DNA of 64,000 nucleotides from a virus. Below are positions 58,585-64,000 of the stretch, piece by piece. The stretch covers positions 53,657 through 117,656 of IMG/VR virus record IMGVR_UViG_3300017646_000001; one strand, 5' to 3'. Below the pieces are notes generated by a model. That model worked only from the letters and a program-made list of their open reading frames with translations. It was not told the DNA's origin and ran no database searches. The stretch's first letter is position 1. Each line of letters opens with the position of its first letter. The position numbers and the translations under genes are program-made.

Positions 58585-59000
58585 CCATTCAACACAACCA
58601 TCAACTCGACGACCGTGAGGACGGGCTGGCTCACTGCCTGGTGTGCGGTGGAGCCGAAGGTTCTCTTCCCACCCACTGCCCCGGCGAGCGCATGCCGGCT
58701 GAGCTACAGGATGCCGTATACGCCGGTCAAGTGGACTATGTATGCGGCCACTGGGTGGCTTGCATGGCCGATGCCGATACCGTGATCCGCCTGCACGCTT
58801 CTCACAATGAACAAGAAGAGCTGCACCGTTCGGTGGAGTTCCGTTTCCGCCACAACAACGTGTATCAAGGGACCCGTACCGAACCCGTGTACTCGCGATT
58901 GCTAGCTTCCAGCGCCAAGCTGCAGGCTACGTTGGACCGTATTCGCTCAGAAGAACCAGAGGACACCTATGCCCGTGCTCTCGGACAAGCCCAAGACTAA
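58581..59000 (+). CDS. Hypothetical protein
   Basis: CLVCGGAEGSLPTHCPG phage motif. Confidence 0.6.
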   Translation: MTIQHNHQLDDREDGLAHCLVCGGAEGSLPTHCPGERMPAELQDAVYAGQVDYVCGHWVACMADADTVIRLHASHNEQEELHRSVEFRFRHNNVYQGTRTEPVYSRLLASSAKLQATLDRIRSEEPEDTYARALGQAQD

Positions 59001-59370
59001 GCGTGTCTACTGCCAAGAACGACCGGGTGAGAAACCAGCCGCTCCGCACTTGCGCCGTCAGTGGCTAGGCCGGTACATCATCAGTCGATATCCTGATTGG
59101 CAAAACACTCGGGTAGACGTGCTGGATCGGTGGTTTGTAGAACGCTACACGCAGGCCACCAACGCTCCGTTTCTGGCCATGCCGTACGGGGCCGATAAAT
59201 GTCCCATGCTGGGAAAAGACCTGGGCCACATGTACGAGCTGGGGTTTCTTAGCCGTTCTGCTACGGGTATTCAAGGAATGGGCGGTATGGGGTTTCCAGC
59301 CTGGGTCTGGACCTACAAACTAACCCAAACTGGGTATGATTACTACAAGGACGTAGCGCTACCTCTCTAG
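58969..59370 (+). CDS. Hypothetical protein
   Basis: GAGG RBS. Confidence 0.55.
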   Translation: MPVLSDKPKTKRVYCQERPGEKPAAPHLRRQWLGRYIISRYPDWQNTRVDVLDRWFVERYTQATNAPFLAMPYGADKCPMLGKDLGHMYELGFLSRSATGIQGMGGMGFPAWVWTYKLTQTGYDYYKDVALPL

Positions 59371-59507
59371 CCCGTTTTACTTCACACAGACCCCAATGAG
59401 GAGCCTAATCATGGGTATTACTGAAGTCCACTGGGCTTCTGGCCTAGCCGTTCTAGCAGGCCTGCTCGTTCTCCTTTACCTTCACAAACTATCTTGCTCG
59501 GAGCAAC

Positions 59508-59837
59508 ATGGCTCACGCTAACCCCGTGTATTACGTCGTCACCGACTCTCAATTTGAACCGCATACTGTGCTGTTCCTGATCAATCATCGCAATACCAAG
59601 AAGATGGCCGAGCCACCCACCAAGTTCTGGACGCCACACTTGGACAATACCGTAGTGCAGTTCCGACAGCGTTCTGTAGCTGAGACCGTAGCCAGTAAGC
59701 TGCGCTATAACAACCCACGCGTCCTGGACGAGAACGAAGCTCGTGAAGCCTACCGCCATAACCTCAACGTAATCCGCAACGAAGAGCTAGCCTACCACGC
59801 CGAAAGCCCTGGATGGGATGCTCATAAAGATTACTAA
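59508..59837 (+). CDS. Hypothetical protein
   Basis: GGAG RBS. Confidence 0.6.
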   Translation: MAHANPVYYVVTDSQFEPHTVLFLINHRNTKKMAEPPTKFWTPHLDNTVVQFRQRSVAETVASKLRYNNPRVLDENEAREAYRHNLNVIRNEELAYHAESPGWDAHKDY

Positions 59838-59872
59838 GCAGCTTTTCCCGTATATTCGCTGGAGCACTTAAC

Positions 59873-60286
59873 ATGAATTTGTTGTCCCCCAAGCCCGACG
59901 TCCTGAGCCGACAACAGGTGTCGCAGCTAATAGAGCGCTTGGGAGTCAATGATATCGTAATTCGGGCGGTGGAGCAGGAAGTACTACGAGTATATCGCCC
60001 CAAGCTGGAAGGAGAAGCCGAGCTACGTACTGCTCTGTCCAGTTTTCGGGATGTTTCCAAGTCTGATCCGATTCTTGTTCAGGCGCGTTTGGTGATTAAC
60101 CGCCTCTCCCGTACAGTAGCCTACCTGTTCGAGTCCAAGCTGCGCACCCGCAAGCTGCTGCAAGAGATCATGGTGGATTTGGTGCAGCGCGCTCGGGCTG
60201 ACTCGGAACAACCAAATGAAGGCGTAGTGGTGAATCTTAGCTCGAGCTTATTTCAGCGCTTGCAAGACGAGTGCAATTCGGAATGA
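59873..60286 (+). CDS. Hypothetical protein
   Basis: GGAG RBS. Confidence 0.55.
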   Translation: MNLLSPKPDVLSRQQVSQLIERLGVNDIVIRAVEQEVLRVYRPKLEGEAELRTALSSFRDVSKSDPILVQARLVINRLSRTVAYLFESKLRTRKLLQEIMVDLVQRARADSEQPNEGVVVNLSSSLFQRLQDECNSE

Positions 60287-60600
60287 AAAAGATTTATTTT
60301 TATCAGGCTCCGACTCCCAAGCTTCCCATTGCTGTAGAGCCACCATGGCTGGCAATCGACGAAGACGGCAACAGTCTGCCTGCTCCGCGTTTGTTTAACC
60401 CTAAAAATCGGAAGCCAATATTTGCCCCGGCTGAATGGTACGGCGCACACCCGGCCGGTTTTACTATGGTATACGTGCCTCCCGAAGCCGTAGAAAATCA
60501 TGAGGGTTTGCAGCGCGCTTTGAAGCTGAACTTGGAACGCGCGACCGAGCCCAAACACTACGAGGGACTATTGGCCCATCACAGAGGCAGAGGTGAATGA
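60283..60600 (+). CDS. Hypothetical protein
   Basis: ATGA overlap. Confidence 0.55.
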   Translation: MKKIYFYQAPTPKLPIAVEPPWLAIDEDGNSLPAPRLFNPKNRKPIFAPAEWYGAHPAGFTMVYVPPEAVENHEGLQRALKLNLERATEPKHYEGLLAHHRGRGE

Positions 60601-60778
60601 AATGACTGACGGACTGATGGTTGTATTGGTCTTCTTAGCGGTAATAGCGGTTTGCTTGTTGACTGCTTGGTTGCAGCACCGCGCCTGGCTGCGCCGCATG
60701 CGTCGTCGCCAACAAGAAATTCTGGACCAAGCCGAAGCCAGGGGACAGCGCTATAACCTGTTGCGCCCTAAGCAGTAA
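60593..60778 (+). CDS. Small single-pass membrane protein
   Basis: N-terminal hydrophobic helix, basic tail. Confidence 0.5.
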   Translation: MNEMTDGLMVVLVFLAVIAVCLLTAWLQHRAWLRRMRRRQQEILDQAEARGQRYNLLRPKQ

Positions 60779-60835
60779 GATCAAGCGGCTCTGTCGTTTG
60801 AATATTCCTACTGTTATAACGATTACGAGATCACC

Positions 60836-61501
60836 ATGTCGAACAAGACCGAAAGCAAGGTTCAAGAAATCACCGTCACCCGCGCCCTGTCTGAGCTGAA
60901 GTCGCTCCAGGACCGTATCACTGCTGCCGTACAGCGCCCGTTTATTGCCCTCACCCTAGGCCAAGGCGACAACACCAAGATGTACAAGGACGCCCGGGAC
61001 GTGGACGCCGTGCGCGCCGAACTGGTGTCCAACTTCGATTCGGCCAGCGGCCTGATCCAGCGCCGCCACGCCTTGAAGCGCGCCGTGATGGCGTCCAACG
61101 CCGTGACCCGCGTTACTGTGGACGGCCGCGAGATGACCGTTGCTGAAGCGATCGAACGCAAGCAGAGCATCGGATACGCTCGAGCCCTGTTGCAGTCCAT
61201 GATCGAACAGCGCCGTCTGCGCACTTCCGAGCATGCCGCCATCGAGCAGAAGCTGACCGAAGAGATTCGGCACATGGCTGAAGTGATGAACTCGCGGGAA
61301 AGTGCCGACGCCACCAAGCAGAACAACATCAAGGCCGTCAACGACCAACAGCGGCGTGTTTCTGAGCCGGCCCTACTCGATCCGAACCAGCTGGACGAAA
61401 AGATCAAGAACATGGAAGAGCACATCCAAGCCTTCCTGGGCGAGATCGACTTCGTGCTGAGCGAGTCGAACGCTATCACCCGCATCAAGGTGGAAGCGTA
61501 A
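60836..61501 (+). CDS. Coiled-coil protein, DIP1984-like family (function unknown)
   Basis: Duplicated motif ITVTRALSELK / MTVAEAIERK and ASNAVTRV / ESNAITRI flanking coiled coils; strong codon bias. Confidence 0.7.
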   Translation: MSNKTESKVQEITVTRALSELKSLQDRITAAVQRPFIALTLGQGDNTKMYKDARDVDAVRAELVSNFDSASGLIQRRHALKRAVMASNAVTRVTVDGREMTVAEAIERKQSIGYARALLQSMIEQRRLRTSEHAAIEQKLTEEIRHMAEVMNSRESADATKQNNIKAVNDQQRRVSEPALLDPNQLDEKIKNMEEHIQAFLGEIDFVLSESNAITRIKVEA

Positions 61502-61511
61502 CCGTTTTGTT

Positions 61512-61870
61512 TTGAGTCGCTTGTCCCGCACATCGTGGACAGCCCCGCTGTTGCCCAGAGCGGTATATCTGGGCAGTCTCTTTCGATGAGAACCGACACT
61601 TAAATCAGCTTTGTTGCGGGTTCGACTCCCGCCCGCGAAAGCGGTGGCCAAATTGGTAAAGGCAGCTGACCAGCGAGTGCGCAGGAGCTCTAATTCCTGC
61701 GATAAAGCTCAAAGTTCAATGCTGAAAGTTATATCGGTTAAAGCTTTAGAGACTCTAGCGTTGAAAGCTGTAAGGATCAGGGATGAAAGCTATATTAAAT
61801 CCCGCATCAAACGGTTTATGAGCTAGGCTGGCTCGACGGTGTACCGGCGGGCTGGGAACAAGGGACTCAA
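61512..61870 (+). ncRNA. Unassigned ~360-nt structured RNA with permuted tRNA-like domain and heptamer repeats
   Basis: Terminal pairing 61512-61527/61854-61870; T-arm before D-arm at 61605-61669; AAAG(C/T)T repeats 61704-61792. Confidence 0.7.
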
Positions 61871-61876
61871 CCTCTC

Positions 61877-61902
61877 GTGGGAGGCCGCATTTGGCCTCCC
61901 AC
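61877..61902 (+). terminator. GC-rich hairpin after RNA (no U-tract)
   Basis: GTGGGAGGCC-GCATTT-GGCCTCCCAC. Confidence 0.4.
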
Positions 61903-62184
61903 ACCCATATTTGGAGAAATTATGTCGCGCCGGTTCCGCAACAAGAAAGCCTACACCAAGCTGTTTTTGATGTTTTACTTTACCCTCTTGGTAGGAACCG
62001 CTCTAGGCGCTGCTTGGGTTCGATGAGCGTGGTGCATGACCTCTCCTAGGCAAGGAGGCCGGTCATGTACCAATTCGCGTTGGGGATGCTGCTAGCCGTG
62101 CTTCTGGCAGTACTTATCATCCTGTTGTTCTGTACCAAGTGGCACAAGTAGGGCCGGGATAACTTCCCGGCCCGAAAACTAGGT

Positions 62185-62271
62185 AACGTTGCGTCGACGC
62201 AACGTTCTGAAGCGACGCTATATGCGTATGACGCGAAGTCATGTTATAATACGGTTTTACATCCACAGACC
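62185..62271 (+). promoter_or_regulatory. Promoter repeat copy 3
   Basis: 22-bp perfect palindrome 62185-62206, TATAAT 62245. Confidence 0.8.
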
Positions 62272-62287
62272 CTGAAAGGAGCCCATC

Positions 62288-62548
62288 ATGATCGCATACG
62301 AAACCTGGAAAGCTCGCGCGGATCGTCTGTACGGCAATTCGGACGAGTTCAAGATGTACGGCACGGTGGTGTACGACCGGTACGGCAATGTTGTGGACCA
62401 GTGGGAGCCCAACGACGAATCCTGGACTCGGCCCACCGCTTCGCCTTCGTCCCCACCCACGGTAGGCAGCGTCGTGTCCAATTCCATCTCCGGTTGGACG
62501 ACCTGGGCCGCTGCTGCCTTTGTACTGGCCAAGCTGATCTGGGGCTAA
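62288..62548 (+). CDS. Hypothetical early protein, C-terminal membrane anchor
   Basis: AAGGAG RBS after promoter repeat. Confidence 0.65.
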   Translation: MIAYETWKARADRLYGNSDEFKMYGTVVYDRYGNVVDQWEPNDESWTRPTASPSSPPTVGSVVSNSISGWTTWAAAAFVLAKLIWG

Positions 62549-62559
62549 GGAGAACGTAT

Positions 62560-62691
62560 ATGCTTATGCAACCCGAATTCCGCCGCGCTCTGCAAACCAA
62601 AGCCCAACGCCGCCGTTCCAACCTCTTGGGCTTTGTGTTGTCGTTGGCCGTGTTGCTGCCTCTGGTATACATGGCTGTGGAGACGCTGTAA
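62560..62691 (+). CDS. Small membrane protein
   Basis: AAGGAG RBS, one hydrophobic helix. Confidence 0.5.
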   Translation: MLMQPEFRRALQTKAQRRRSNLLGFVLSLAVLLPLVYMAVETL

Positions 62692-62942
62692 TGTCGTACG
62701 GTTCTGTAGACGGCTTGGAGTTCTCCGCCCAGCAGGCACACGTGGAGGATAGCCTAGCCCTGCAGCGCGCAGCCCGCGCTCAGAACAACAACCCCACAGG
62801 TGAGTGCGAGGATTGTGGGGAAGAAATTCCTGCCGCCCGCTTACGCGTGATCCCAAACGCGGCTTGCTGCGTCCAATGTCAGTCGATTCGAGACCGCACC
62901 CCGCGCCGCCTGTTTACTTACTCAAATCCATACGTGCCGTGA
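62691..62942 (+). CDS. DksA/TraR-type C4 zinc-finger protein
   Basis: CEDCGEEIPAARLRVIP..CCVQCQ. Confidence 0.85.
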   Translation: MSYGSVDGLEFSAQQAHVEDSLALQRAARAQNNNPTGECEDCGEEIPAARLRVIPNAACCVQCQSIRDRTPRRLFTYSNPYVP

Positions 62943-63104
62943 CTAGATTGGTATCCGATCGTAACCAGGTTTAACAAGTTCTTACAAAACCGCGCCCGCC
63001 TTCTTGTCGGGCGCAATATTATTTAACTCTTCCGTTGATTAGACGGCGGGGCCGTACGGCGCACGCCTGCACACCGCCCTTCCTTCACCGCTGGAGATAC
63101 GAGC

Positions 63105-64000
63105 ATGAATTACACCCAAGAGCAGCTGGAATCCTATACCGTTGCTCAACTGCGCACCATGCTGGACGAGCTGGAACAGCCGACCACGGGTACCAAGCCG
63201 GTTCTGATCCAACGCATCCTGGACTACTACGCTCAATCCGCTCGCCAAGACGAAGCTGAAGCCGGCGAAACGACGACCGGATACAACAAGTCCATCGCGG
63301 CCGAAGGTCCGCTGAGCGACGCTGGTCAGTTGGGTCCGGACGGCTGGGCCACGATCGAAGCAGACGACTACGAAATCGGGTTCACGCTGGGCCACCGCGA
63401 CGGCGAAGACGTGGTGGCTGCCGATCCTGCCATGGACGGCGAAAACGGCGCGATCACGCTAGACGCATTGGGCGACGTGGCCGACGCTGAATCCAGCTGG
63501 GTGTACGCCGTTTCGGTTGCGCCGAAGGGCGAGCTGACCCTGGGCGAGCTGATCGAAAAATACTCCATCCGCGTCGTCGCGCTGCCACTGAACCAGGGCA
63601 CGATCCAACCCGTGCAACACGGTCTGGAGCTGCAAGCACTCGAAGACGGCTACGCATTCAGCTGGAATAACGCTCGATTCCCCGTGGTCGAGGGCGATAA
63701 CTGCGTGCAAGGCGCGACGATCCTCAGTTCGGGCCGCGCGGGAGAATACAAGCTCGGCGTACGCGTCCAAAACCGCCAAACCGGCACCGTGATCGAGCAC
63801 GTGCTGGAAGCCACGGTCGAAGCCGTGGAGCCTGAAGCCACCTGGGTGCGTTATCGCCCCAAGAACGGCGCGGATTTCGGAGCTGGGCCGTTCGCCGTGT
63901 CGGCTTCTGGTCTGGTGATGCGTTCGGACAATCGGGCTCTCGCCCCGTACCGGGATCAATTCATCGTTGAGCCCGCCGCTGACCCGACCGTGGTGTTGCC
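63105..64000 (+). CDS. Protein with N-terminal SAP-like domain (3'-truncated by window; absent from ORF track)
   Basis: GGAG RBS; translation LESYTVAQLRTMLDELEQPTTGTKPVLIQRI matches SAP consensus; acidic beta-rich remainder. Confidence 0.7.
   Translation, partial: MNYTQEQLESYTVAQLRTMLDELEQPTTGTKPVLIQRILDYYAQSARQDEAEAGETTTGYNKSIAAEGPLSDAGQLGPDGWATIEADDYEIGFTLGHRDGEDVVAADPAMDGENGAITLDALGDVADAESSWVYAVSVAPKGELTLGELIEKYSIRVVALPLNQGTIQPVQHGLELQALEDGYAFSWNNARFPVVEGDNCVQGATILSSGRAGEYKLGVRVQNRQTGTVIEHVLEATVEAVEPEATWVRYRPKNGADFGAGPFAVSASGLVMRSDNRALAPYRDQFIVEPAADPTVVL

Noticed and set aside
61605-61669. Conventional or split functional tRNA gene
   Set aside because: Arms are in permuted order, the acceptor is only 4 bp and loop-closed, and there is no CCA or intact anticodon loop.
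61611-61826. 71-aa ORF inside the 61.5-kb RNA
   Set aside because: TTG start without RBS, inside the T-arm; region better explained by RNA structure.
44386-62271. CRISPR array or insertion-sequence ends from the palindromic repeats
   Set aside because: Copies are 8-10 kb apart with no spacer periodicity and no cas or transposase genes; each ends in TATAAT plus an RBS.
1-64000. Stop-codon reassignment, inteins or introns in core genes
   Set aside because: TAA, TAG and TGA all end genes at sensible points, no suppressor tRNA is seen, and ligase, helicase, terminase, portal and capsid have ordinary lengths with contiguous motifs.

Overview
A 64-kb segment of a large (probably jumbo) tailed dsDNA phage with a T4-like head module; host not determinable from this window. 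Left to right: replication/packaging block (family-A DNA polymerase C-terminus, ATP-dependent ligase, resolvase, DnaB-like helicase, sigma-like and Mor-like regulators, terminase); a purZ/mazZ/datZ-like cluster pointing to 2-aminoadenine (Z) DNA; a minus-strand accessory island; a head module with several glutamate-site-rich putative internal polyproteins (one with an ART-like domain, one AAA ATPase), portal, protease-scaffold and major capsid protein; an HNH gene; rIIA/rIIB; many small hypothetical genes under three copies of a palindrome-bearing promoter repeat. The most unusual signals are non-coding. At 45.7-47.3 kb is a boxA-led RNA operon with a circularly permuted (two-piece) tmRNA whose 130-nt intervening segment is itself a structured domain, several other closed-stem RNAs and three tRNAs. 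At 61.5-61.9 kb, directly behind a coiled-coil protein gene, is a ~360-nt structured RNA combining a circularly permuted tRNA-like domain with AAAG(C/T)T heptamer repeats. All family assignments are by motif recognition by eye; no searches or folding programs were run.
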